This document shows, one piece after another, positions 40,966 through 50,206 of a stretch of DNA of 64,000 nt (position 1 is its first letter; each line of letters starts with the position of its first letter). The notes beneath the pieces are model-generated. The model saw only the letters and a list, made by a program, of their open reading frames with translations, made no database searches and was not told the DNA's origin. Position numbers and translations under genes: made by a program. Location of the stretch: NCBI GenBank assembly GCA_963806855.1, contig CAWDYW010000003.1, positions 256,001 through 320,000 on the forward strand, in the 5' to 3' direction. This DNA is from an uncultured Verrucomicrobiae bacterium. Lineage in GTDB: Bacteria > Chlamydiota > Chlamydiia > Chlamydiales > Rhabdochlamydiaceae.

Positions 40966-41543
40966 TCTTTCACCACCGTCGCTTCAAAATTTTCAGCCTG
41001 AAATTGAGGTGTCTTGCCGCTGAAGATCACCGAAATATCTTTTGCAATGCCGCTCAAGAACGGTTCGTCGCTCTCCAGAGGCTCAAGAGGAAGCACGTGG
41101 CCTGGCAGTTTAAAGAGCGAAAGGAGCACGCTATTAGCGGTAAATTCTTGTGTCGTATACCGATACAACCCCGTCTCTGCTTCAATCAGCCGCGCCTGTT
41201 GCATCGGCCCCTGTCCCTCTCGCGAGAGTTTATCTTGCATCCAGCATTTCACACCCTGCAGCGACTCAACGACATCGAGTTTATTGCCAATCGGTGTCAA
41301 ACTGAGTAGCGAGCCAGCGCTGGCAATTTGGTAGTGGAGGCGTGAGCCATCGCTGTGCGCAAACCAGATATCTTTGCGTACCTGCTTGCGGTGTTGATTG
41401 GTCTGGGAGGGGACTTCCGAAGAGGCGATATCCCGTTCTCGGATCATGTCGTTAAAGCGGCTTACATCGGAAGAGCGGAGAATGGCTATCTGATAAATCC
41501 ATACACCGATCGCCGGCATTAAGATCGCAAGTAAGATAGTCAT
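40962..41543 (-). CDS. LptC-like protein (CT654 position)
   Basis: N-terminal TM and beta-rich body; in the kdsA-lptB operon. Confidence 0.65.
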   Translation of the reverse strand: MTILLAILMPAIGVWIYQIAILRSSDVSRFNDMIRERDIASSEVPSQTNQHRKQVRKDIWFAHSDGSRLHYQIASAGSLLSLTPIGNKLDVVESLQGVKCWMQDKLSREGQGPMQQARLIEAETGLYRYTTQEFTANSVLLSLFKLPGHVLPLEPLESDEPFLSGIAKDISVIFSGKTPQFQAENFEATVVKE

Positions 41544-41550
41544 TTTCTTC

Positions 41551-42378
41551 TTAAAGATGGGCCACCTCCAATGAGGTATGAATCCGTTTCAGCTGCAATA
41601 AGAGATCTTCCAGTTGATCTAGAGGCAATTGTGAATCTTTGTCGCTCATTGCCACTGCCGGATTGGGGTGCGCTTCGATGAAAACCAGATCGCATCCCGC
41701 CGCCACAGCAGCCCTTGCCAGCACTCCAATATATTGCCGCTGACCGCCAGAAGAGGTCCCATTGCCGCCGGGCAGCTGCACCGCATGGGTCGCGTCGAAG
41801 CAGACCGGATAGCCGAACTCTTGCATAATCGGGATCCCTCTCATATCGCAGACCAAATTGTTGTAACCAAAGCTGGTGCCCCGATCGGTCAGGATGATAT
41901 TCTGGTTGCCCATCGATTCGATTTTGTCGACCACATTCTTCATGTCCCAAGGCGCCATGAATTGCCCCTTTTTGACATTGACCACCCGCCCTGTCTCTGC
42001 AGCGGCGGCGATCAGATCAGTTTGACGGGACAAGAATGCGGGGATCTGCAAGACATCGCACACATCGCCGACCGCTTTAGCCTCTTCCACAGTGTGGACA
42101 TCGGTCAGTACGGGCAACTCGAATTCGTTCTTAATTCGCTCTAAAATAAGAAGACCCCGTTCTAAGCCGGGGCCTCTGAAAGAGTGGACAGACGAGCGAT
42201 TCGCCTTGTCATAACTGGATTTATAAATGAGGGGGATGCCAAGTCGAAGAGAGAGTTTTTTGAGGTATTCTGCAGTGAAAAGAGCATTCTCCTCGCTCTC
42301 AATCACACATGGACCGCAGATGAGTGCGAGAGGCTTACCATTTCCTAGGGAGAAATTCCCAACCTCTACTTCGCGCAT
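41551..42378 (-). CDS. kdsA: KDO-8-phosphate synthase
   Basis: GPCVIES, KSSYDKANRSS, QIPAFLSRQTD, KKGQF, FDATHAVQ. Confidence 0.98.
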   Translation of the reverse strand: MREVEVGNFSLGNGKPLALICGPCVIESEENALFTAEYLKKLSLRLGIPLIYKSSYDKANRSSVHSFRGPGLERGLLILERIKNEFELPVLTDVHTVEEAKAVGDVCDVLQIPAFLSRQTDLIAAAAETGRVVNVKKGQFMAPWDMKNVVDKIESMGNQNIILTDRGTSFGYNNLVCDMRGIPIMQEFGYPVCFDATHAVQLPGGNGTSSGGQRQYIGVLARAAVAAGCDLVFIEAHPNPAVAMSDKDSQLPLDQLEDLLLQLKRIHTSLEVAHL

Positions 42379-42533
42379 ATTCCCATTAATTATCTATAAT
42401 ACCCTAAATAAATTCAACAGTAAAGCGGCAACTTTTTGGGATAAGGAAGCGTATACAATTTTTTTTAATTGTGGCGCCTTATCTTTGGATTAGTAAAATT
42501 ATCCTCCATAAAAAAATCTAAAAAGGAGATTTT

Positions 42534-43106
42534 ATGAGTCTTGAGCGAGCAGCAGCAGGAGTAGTCATTACATTTATCGGAGCCGATTTAGTTGCCACAG
42601 AAGCACAGAACTGGCGTCAAGGAAAAAATATAGAAAAAATTCGACTTGCTATCGGAATCATCGGAGTCGTAGGTGGACTTTATGAGCTAATGAATCAAGC
42701 AATTTATGTGGCTAGCCAAATTGAACATTGTGGTCCGCGTGGCCTTGATGGCAGATTCAATTGTAAACTACTCAAAGAGGAAGTAGAAAAAAAGTGTGCC
42801 GAGGTTCTAAAACAAGGTACTAGAACAGTTCAAGGTGAAGAAATTCCTCCACTAGATCTTGAAAAGCATGTAGAAGACATCGGAGCCAATTTTGAACATG
42901 GAGTGGATTCTACAGGCTGCTGGACAAGGCTAACTGCAGAAGGTAAAAAATTCTTCAGAGAAAAAGTGTATTTTCATCTCAAACCACATTATGATGCCTT
43001 CATTGAAAGTGGCTCATGGGACCATAGGATCACAAGAAGCAGGCTCCGAATCAAAGGCAGTATTCAAGGTGTATTTTGGGGATGGAAGAAATCATCATCA
43101 GAATGA
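42534..43106 (+). CDS. Hypothetical membrane protein, paralog A
   Basis: AGGAG RBS; shares LDLEKHVE..GAN..GV.S..C.T.LTAEGK.FF with 43390-43899. Confidence 0.75.
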   Translation: MSLERAAAGVVITFIGADLVATEAQNWRQGKNIEKIRLAIGIIGVVGGLYELMNQAIYVASQIEHCGPRGLDGRFNCKLLKEEVEKKCAEVLKQGTRTVQGEEIPPLDLEKHVEDIGANFEHGVDSTGCWTRLTAEGKKFFREKVYFHLKPHYDAFIESGSWDHRITRSRLRIKGSIQGVFWGWKKSSSE

Positions 43107-43254
43107 AGTAATTCTACAAAAGTCGAGGGGCACTGAGGGTGAACTCTCTCTGCCTTTTGTTTTGTTACAGTCTCGTTTCATCATTGCCTTTGTGATTCAT
43201 TCAGCTCAAATTCGACTTTTGGGGCGCGGAAATATATAAAATTTATTTAAAAAT

Positions 43255-43311
43255 AACAGGATATTAGGATGGTCAGGATAGGAAATATCCTGACTATCCT
43301 AATACCCTGTT
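43255..43311. repeat. REP-like hairpin (aggat 9-bp periodic family)
   Basis: aacaggatattaggatggtcaggata / tatcctgactatcctaataccctgtt. Confidence 0.85.
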
Positions 43312-43327
43312 CGAAATATTTTTATTA

Positions 43328-43356
43328 TTGCTTCTGATCTTTTGGTTTGCTATAAT
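43328..43356 (+). promoter_or_regulatory. Sigma66/70 promoter
   Basis: TTGCTT-N17-TATAAT. Confidence 0.7.
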
Positions 43357-43389
43357 AATTCATATTAAAAAACTAAACAAGGAGATTTT

Positions 43390-43899
43390 ATGATTATTGG
43401 GGTAGGAGTAGGAGGAACAGTAGCGACAATCGGCGGTGCCTATATGGTCTATAGAGGAGCGAAGAATTGGTATAATGGAAAAGATATAGGAAAAATTCAA
43501 GTAGCAATCGGGGTCATTGCCCTAGCCGGTGGAGTATACTCTCACATGATGCTGAGAAAAGCTTTTGATTTGGACTACTGCTGGGGGCACAAACCTGATC
43601 CCAAAATTGGATGTAAAGCACTAGTAGAACAAGTAAAAAAAGCTTGCGCTGAGGTTTTAAAGAAAGGTTATGGGAAAATTCCAGGCCTAGATCTCGAAAA
43701 GCATGTTGAGAGGGTCGGTGCCAACCTTTTTGATGGAGTAGAAAGTCCCAGATGCGATACCGAGCTGACTGCCGAGGGGAAACATTTCTTTATTGCGTCA
43801 GGATTGAAAGAGCCTAGGAAATATTTGTATGAAGCCTTTACTGAGACTGGTCGCAGGATCCATGGGGTGATTCGACATTACCACTCTATTAAAGTCTAA
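43390..43899 (+). CDS. Hypothetical membrane protein, paralog B
   Basis: AGGAG RBS; clear similarity to 42534-43106. Confidence 0.75.
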   Translation: MIIGVGVGGTVATIGGAYMVYRGAKNWYNGKDIGKIQVAIGVIALAGGVYSHMMLRKAFDLDYCWGHKPDPKIGCKALVEQVKKACAEVLKKGYGKIPGLDLEKHVERVGANLFDGVESPRCDTELTAEGKHFFIASGLKEPRKYLYEAFTETGRRIHGVIRHYHSIKV

Positions 43900-43934
43900 T
43901 CCATCGCATTATTGGACTTTTCTTTAAAGCACTG

Positions 43935-43970
43935 AGGCGCCGAGGACTTATCCTCGGCGCCTTTGCTTTT
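43935..43970 (+). terminator. Rho-independent terminator
   Basis: aggcgccgagga-ctta-tcctcggcgcct plus a T-rich tail. Confidence 0.75.
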
Positions 43971-43977
43971 ACAGGGG

Positions 43978-44017
43978 CATTTATAGTCTCATTTATAGTC
44001 TCATTTATAGTCTCATT
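43978..44017. repeat. 12-bp tandem repeat x3.3
   Basis: (catttatagtct)3 catt. Confidence 0.9.
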
Positions 44018-45428
44018 CCGAGGGGGTGGAATCGAATTTTTCTTGAACTATTTTCCAGAACCCGTCTTTTTTCGAGCCTATACGTTGGATAATCCCTAAT
44101 GATCTGAGTTGTACAATAACTCTTGCAGTCGTAGCCCGTGACTTCTGAGTTTTGGCAGCGAGATCCTCATAAGAGAGTTTAGCATTCGCTGCTATCAATT
44201 TAAGAATTTCATTCTGTAAATCCGATAAGGAAGCTCTCGATTGAATATCAATCTGAGTCTGAGTAACTTGAGCTATCTCCCTATGGACCAGTGAGGTAAA
44301 TAGAATGGCATCTTTATCATTAATTAAATCGATTTGAGACCAGCTTTCTAGGGCTCTCATGACTCCCGTGCCGAGGCCTCGGTAAGGGAGCATTCCTTTT
44401 GAGATGAAGGAAGTCAGGGTGGGATTGCGTTGAATCGAGGTGCCAGTTCGGATCTTTTCGATGGTCAGATGATCTGGTAGGGATCCGGGACTGATAATTT
44501 CGATCCGATCTTCGAAAACGAAAAGCCGAACGGGGGCGCTAATAAAATAATCGCGGTGGATAAGAGCGTTGACGAGAAGTTCTTCGAATACAAGTTGGGG
44601 GATTTCGGGATCGCCAATGGAATTAACGCTTTTATTATTTTGGACTTTGCGCAGATTTCGCATGATGAACTTTAGAGCGCCTTGGAAAACGTCGATGAGT
44701 GGACCTTCGAAATCTTCGCTATCGAGATAATTGACTCCAATTTTAGTGCCGGGGAATGATGCGGCCTTGATGATAAAGGCGGGTTTAATAAATTGGGGGT
44801 TCTCTGCAAAAAGGAGAACGCCCGCTAGGTTTAATCGCGTTCCCGATGCTAAGTTCATGTTTTCGAGAAGTTGTAGTCTTTTGGGAATAGATTCGGGAAC
44901 TTCTTCATGGTAAAACTTTTTCAGAAACTTTGCAAAAAGCTTGAGGTCTAGTGCTTCGATGCCAGCGCGAGTGGGAACTTCATCGGCATGGAGCAGGTCA
45001 ACCTCCTGGAAAAGGCGCCGGAGCTCTTCTTTAGAATGGATGCGTCTTTTATCAGAGCCGCTTTTCAACCAAATGACCCCTTGATGATCAAAATAGGGTT
45101 TATCGATCCCTTCGGGTATTGTGACAATGATGACAACTCGATCTTCTGCGACTAAGATATTTTGGGTTTGGAAAGTGATTGGGCTTCGGACAAACTGGCT
45201 AGCCGCATTGCTGAGGATTTGGTTGATACGGCTGACATCTTGGCTCGTAAGGCCAATGAGCTCTCCATTATCGGCAACCCCAATGAAGATCTTTCCTCCG
45301 CGGGAATTAGAAAAGGCGACCATCTCAGCCGCGATCGAGTCCGCATTGCGGACATCTATTTTGAATTGATTTTGACCATCTTCTCCATGGGGAATGATTT
45401 TCTCTAATTCCATCAATTCTAATGTCAT
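44013..45428 (-). CDS. AlbA_2 (Schlafen-like) + HATPase (RecG C-terminal-like) + wHTH protein
   Basis: QFK..AFSNSRGGKIFIGVADNG, ELLVNALIHRDY, IEIISPGSL, GTGV, C-terminal HTH ..RIGSKKDGFW. Confidence 0.88.
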   Translation of the reverse strand: MTLELMELEKIIPHGEDGQNQFKIDVRNADSIAAEMVAFSNSRGGKIFIGVADNGELIGLTSQDVSRINQILSNAASQFVRSPITFQTQNILVAEDRVVIIVTIPEGIDKPYFDHQGVIWLKSGSDKRRIHSKEELRRLFQEVDLLHADEVPTRAGIEALDLKLFAKFLKKFYHEEVPESIPKRLQLLENMNLASGTRLNLAGVLLFAENPQFIKPAFIIKAASFPGTKIGVNYLDSEDFEGPLIDVFQGALKFIMRNLRKVQNNKSVNSIGDPEIPQLVFEELLVNALIHRDYFISAPVRLFVFEDRIEIISPGSLPDHLTIEKIRTGTSIQRNPTLTSFISKGMLPYRGLGTGVMRALESWSQIDLINDKDAILFTSLVHREIAQVTQTQIDIQSRASLSDLQNEILKLIAANAKLSYEDLAAKTQKSRATTARVIVQLRSLGIIQRIGSKKDGFWKIVQEKFDSTPSE

Positions 45429-45429
45429 T

Positions 45430-45933
45430 TTATCCCTTCTGGCATCCGAGCTTGCGGGCGTGGACCTCTCTCAAATAACCGTTTAACGTTTGGATCGAGT
45501 CGAGGAGGTTGAAGAGGGCTGACCGGTCTTTCTCGAGCAGGGCGATCGGCGTCGACTTCGATTTCTTCGCCAGAATTTTCTCTTTGTACTCCTCCAGCTG
45601 CCGCTTCTCTTGCTGATCCTTCTCTTCATCCTCTTCGTTTTCTACCCAATCGAATTCGGGGGAGATTACATAGGAGAAAAAGCGGTTGCGCATCAGGTTG
45701 AATTTGGGAGGGGGTGCAAAGTTGGCAAAAGGGTGTTGGTTGATGTTCGTTTCGAAGAGCTCATCCCATTTCGTGGTGATCGTCGATTCGGAATTGGCGA
45801 TTTCAAAATGGCGCGGGATCAGATTGGCTTCAGAAATATAGCTGACGTCGAAAAGCGATTGATCGGTCGCGTAACGCTCGTGCGCTTCCATTTTATAATT
45901 ATCGATTGTAACTGCATTTGCTTTTGCCATCAT
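45430..45933 (-). CDS. Conserved chlamydial protein (DUF5399/CT273-like)
   Basis: IDNY..HERYA.DQ, F.PPP, C-terminal QKG pattern recalled from chlamydial homologs. Confidence 0.6.
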   Translation of the reverse strand: MMAKANAVTIDNYKMEAHERYATDQSLFDVSYISEANLIPRHFEIANSESTITTKWDELFETNINQHPFANFAPPPKFNLMRNRFFSYVISPEFDWVENEEDEEKDQQEKRQLEEYKEKILAKKSKSTPIALLEKDRSALFNLLDSIQTLNGYLREVHARKLGCQKG

Positions 45934-46066
45934 TTCATCCGTTGCTAGGTATCCGCGATGAAAGTTTCTTTGGAATGGGGATTTTTTTCAAGGTCTATTT
46001 TTTTGTGGATATTAATTTCGGCACTGGTTAACATGTTCGTGTCCAAGCCTGAATTTTGTGTGCGAA

Positions 46067-47590
46067 ATGATGAAACAAAAACTACTTCCCCTCCTGTTGT
46101 CCATGCTGCTCTTCTCACGACTAGGGTTTGCCCAATCGGAGCAGGAGGCTCATCACATCAATTTTAACGATGTGCCGGTCATCGAATTCATCCGATTTGT
46201 CAGCAAAATTTGCCAGTCGAATTTCATTTTTGATCATCGGGAACTTGGATTTAATATCACGCTTTCTTCCGGCAAGCCGATGTCGTCTGAAGAGGTGGTC
46301 GAGGCGCTCGTTCAAATGCTCCGGATGCATGGCTTTGCCGTCTCTGCGGAAGGGAACTATTATGTGGTCCATCGCTATAGCGAAGAGGAGCTCAAAAATG
46401 GGGCCCATATCAGACGGGCCGACATTAAGCTCGACAATCTCATTGCGGGGGACATTCCGTCGATGCCCCATGACAGTCTCGAGTTTGCCACCTATAAATT
46501 GCGCTACCATCAAGGGGAAGAGATTGAGTCTGCTCTGAAAAAGATGGCATCCGACATGAGCTCGCGCGCCGATCGGCCGATCAAATTGATCGAGGCGATC
46601 AAGACGATCAATTGTGTCAAGGCGACCAACTCGCTGTTCTTCACGGGCGATGATAAGACAGTCCAAGCGCTCGATAAATTGATCAAGACGCTTGACATCC
46701 CAAGGCGGCAGGTGTTCATCGAGGTGCTCGTGCTTGAGACCGACGCCAAAAAGACAACCGAATTTGGGCTCGACTGGGTGGGCGGCGGAAGATTCAAAGA
46801 CAAGGTCTCATTCGGCGGTGGTAATTTCTCTGGCAGACATAACGGTTTTGCCGATTCAGCGAAATCACTCAATAGGGGAGAGGCTCACACTGGGCTCGAC
46901 TTGATCCCTTTTGGCCGCGGGTTTGATCTCGGCATCATCGGCGATATCATCTTGCACAAAGGAAAAACGTTTCTTACATTAGGCTCGCTCGTCTCCGCTC
47001 TTGAACAAGATGGCGACAGTACGATCGTCCTCAACCAAAAAATCGTCACGCAAGACAACAAAAACTCGAAAATATTCGTCGGGGATAACATTCCGTTCAC
47101 AGGTTCCGTCGTCTCGACAGTGGGGCTCAACCAGCAGACAACTGCCAATATCGAGTACCGCGACATCGGAGTATCCCTTAGCATTACCCCCATGCTCGGG
47201 GAAGATGACATCATCAGCCTTGATATCAGTCAGGAGATCACCGAGGCGGTCGGCGACCATTTGGCCTCGACAGTCGAGGTTGAGGGGATCCGAACCACTA
47301 AAACCAACATGCAGACCCTCGCCCACGTTCCCGATAACCACTTCCTCATCCTCAGCGGCATGGCCCGCAATGCCAAATCGTTCCAAAAAGCGGGGATTCC
47401 TTGCTTGGGCGGCCTCCCGGTCATTGGGGCAGCCTTTTCCAAAAACAAGAAACTGAATGAAAAGCGCAACGTGCTGATCTTCGTCAGACCTCACATTATC
47501 AATACCTTCGAAGAGTATGCCCGCATCACAGAGCGGCAAGAGGACTACTGCAAGGTGCCTGAGTCTGTCCGCTGCACTGACGAAGGGTAA
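46067..47590 (+). CDS. gspD: Secretin, GspD-like
   Basis: Signal peptide, INFNDVPVIEFIRFVSK, LDIPRRQVFIEVLV, EYRDIGVSL.ITP, GIPCLGGLPVIG..F. Confidence 0.85.
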   Translation: MMKQKLLPLLLSMLLFSRLGFAQSEQEAHHINFNDVPVIEFIRFVSKICQSNFIFDHRELGFNITLSSGKPMSSEEVVEALVQMLRMHGFAVSAEGNYYVVHRYSEEELKNGAHIRRADIKLDNLIAGDIPSMPHDSLEFATYKLRYHQGEEIESALKKMASDMSSRADRPIKLIEAIKTINCVKATNSLFFTGDDKTVQALDKLIKTLDIPRRQVFIEVLVLETDAKKTTEFGLDWVGGGRFKDKVSFGGGNFSGRHNGFADSAKSLNRGEAHTGLDLIPFGRGFDLGIIGDIILHKGKTFLTLGSLVSALEQDGDSTIVLNQKIVTQDNKNSKIFVGDNIPFTGSVVSTVGLNQQTTANIEYRDIGVSLSITPMLGEDDIISLDISQEITEAVGDHLASTVEVEGIRTTKTNMQTLAHVPDNHFLILSGMARNAKSFQKAGIPCLGGLPVIGAAFSKNKKLNEKRNVLIFVRPHIINTFEEYARITERQEDYCKVPESVRCTDEG

Positions 47591-47622
47591 ATTAAATCTT
47601 TAATTATTATTTTGATTATTAG

Positions 47623-47651
47623 TTGCATATAATTATATTAAATGCTATAAT
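47623..47651 (+). promoter_or_regulatory. Sigma66/70 promoter
   Basis: TTGCAT-N17-TATAAT. Confidence 0.7.
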
Positions 47652-47685
47652 TAGTATATTATTATTAATAATAAGGAGATTTAAT

Positions 47686-48345
47686 ATGTCTATTTCAAGT
47701 GATCAATTTTTTAATGCGGCTACAACAGTGCTTCCCTTGCTTAGCGGAGTGCTCGTTGGGCAAGCATTAAATAAAGCCAGAGGTTTTAATGAGGAAGCTG
47801 GAATTTCTTTGGGAACTGTCACAAACTTAGCGCTTGGAGTGTTTGCGGCAAGTTTTTCGAGCCTGGTTCGTTACAACGAAAGTCCAAGTATTGAGAATAC
47901 CGTCTTCAAAATTGCTCTGTTCGCTGTGCCAATTTTATTCTTGTGCCTAAATAGAACACAAGTTACCGCTCTAGAAGCTAAAGAGGTTACAGTTAGTGCT
48001 GGAAAACCTTTAGAATGTGAAAAACTATTTAAAAAAGCAAAGCGGGCTGAAGTTCATCATACTCCTCAAATTATCGCCCTTGAACCTAAGAAGGCTACAG
48101 TTGTTGAAAAGCCTTCAGTTGCCCCTGCCATTTTGGCTCAGCTCCCTGAAAAGGAGAATGGCGAAGTCAAAATAAGACAGGCTGCCATGGCTGTAGCAAA
48201 AGGTGTAGAACAGTTAAGCGAGAGTCTTCCGGCCAAATATGACGAGGCATTTGAAAAGCAAGTGCTCGAGGTCATCAATGGGCAAGGATCTGCTGAGGAA
48301 AAAGATGAGCGAATTTTAGCTCTCGTTAATGCACGCAAGCTGTAA
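47686..48345 (+). CDS. Hypothetical membrane protein (Inc-like hydrophobic N-terminal half)
   Basis: AAGGAG RBS before ATG 47686; three hydrophobic stretches followed by a charged tail. Confidence 0.7.
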   Translation: MSISSDQFFNAATTVLPLLSGVLVGQALNKARGFNEEAGISLGTVTNLALGVFAASFSSLVRYNESPSIENTVFKIALFAVPILFLCLNRTQVTALEAKEVTVSAGKPLECEKLFKKAKRAEVHHTPQIIALEPKKATVVEKPSVAPAILAQLPEKENGEVKIRQAAMAVAKGVEQLSESLPAKYDEAFEKQVLEVINGQGSAEEKDERILALVNARKL

Positions 48346-48421
48346 AAATTAATTCTGCTTGTCGGCAATTGATAGGTCCCGTTAACATCTTCGGAAATTA
48401 AATTCTTACCGAAGGTGTCTA

Positions 48422-50205
48422 ATGGGATTCGTCAATCAAGCATGCACAACTCTTACCCAACCATTTCTAAATGAAGTCAATATCGACGTCGTCTGCAAGG
48501 ACGAGGTGCTTAAGTTTGTCCCGATCGTTTTGGCAGCAGGCATAGCCACTGTTGCGACTGGCCTCATCGGGCGCCGCGTTTATCAGGCTTTCCAGAATTC
48601 AAATTACCTTCAAGCCGCTCGTATTGGCCTTCTGAAAAATGTCCAAGATGCGATTGCGAAAAAGGTGGATCTTAATCAACAGGACCCCGTCACTGGGGAT
48701 ACCGCGCTTCACTTCGCCCTTGTTAATCAACATACTGGAGTAATCAATGCTCTCCTTGATGCTGGAGCAAGTGTCGCTACTACGAATCAAAAGGGTGAAA
48801 CTTCACTCTATATCGCCTGCCAAAATAAAGACGCTGCAGTTATTAGGAAGATCATTAGCAAGAAAGCTAATGTCAATGCAAAAGATGCTGCGGGGAATAC
48901 ACCTCTGATGTGCGCGGTGAAAAAGGGCTCACTGGAGGCGGTGAAGGTGCTTGTCGAGGCGGCCGGATTGAGATAAATGCTCAGAATCAAGTTGGGGAAA
49001 CCGCTCTAGCTTTATCTGCCCGCGAATATCCCGCTATTCTAAAGGTCCTTTTGCAAAGAGGAGCCAATCCCGACCTCCCCGATGAAAAGGGACAAATTCC
49101 GCTGCACCATGCAGTCGATCAAGAAAACGTTGAGGCGATTGAGGCTTTACTTGAGGCAACTCAGGACTGCAATCGTCGCGACGAGGACGGCAAGACACCG
49201 CTGCATCTGACGGTTCACCATGTTAGCAGCCGCCTATCCAGTGCCGATGCGCTGCTAAAATGCGACAAAATCGACACCAGTATTCTCAATAAGGCAGGAG
49301 AGTCGGCTCTGCACGAGGCGTGTGTTCGGATGACTGCGAATAACCAATTGGCTTTGAAATTCATTGGATCGAAGAAATTTAACCTCGATCTTTTGACTGA
49401 GGATGGAAATACCGCAGCTCATATCGCTTTGGTCCATCAAAATTATGAAGTGCTTGAAGCGTTGCATCAGGCTGGAGCCCGGATGGATATTGCTAACAAA
49501 GATGGAAAAGTTGTCAGGCAAGGCAACGATGACAAATTGGCGATGCTGTACGAAACATACACTGTCGAACAGCTGCAAGACTTAAGAATCGAAGGGCTAA
49601 CAGCCATTGAATGGGCGACGATTTATTGCCTCCCTTCAATTGAAAACGTGCTGAATAAAAAGGGAATCTATTTTACTTTTGCCAAAGCGGATAAAGAGCG
49701 GCTCATGACTAAAGCGATGGCAGTGATGTCGCAGAAAGGAAAAGAGTGGTGGGAACGGAACTCGCCTATTAAAATCAAAGAATTCCGTGAGCTTTGGGAA
49801 GATATCGATCAACTAACGAATCAAGATCATCATCTGAAACAACCAGAACTGTTTCAACTTTGTCGTCACTATGTCAAATCGAGTTTAGAAAGAAGAGCAT
49901 TGGTTGCAGCGCATAAACACGCTGGAACCCATGTTTTTCTCTCTGATTTCTTGTTTAGCAGCCATTATGAAGTTGTATGGTATAACACATTTTTTATCGC
50001 ATTACTCCCAGAAAGGCTCAGGCAAGTGCTGGCCAATAGAACTCCCAATCTGCCGCAGATGTTTGCGCAGCTAAAGGAGAATTTGCCTCTTCAAATTAGG
50101 GAAATTTTGGAGCGAGAAATCTCCCTTAACGAACTTGAGCAGTTTATTCCCCTACTCATCGCGGGAATGAATGCTGCGGTTCCTGATCGAGGAGGAGCAG
50201 TTTAA
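48422..50205 (+). CDS. Ankyrin repeat protein with an N-terminal TM (frameshift near 48960)
   Basis: GDTALH, GETSLY, GNTPLM, then GETAL, GQIPLH, GKTPLH, GESALH, GNTAAH across two frames. Confidence 0.85.
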
Positions 50206-50206
50206 T

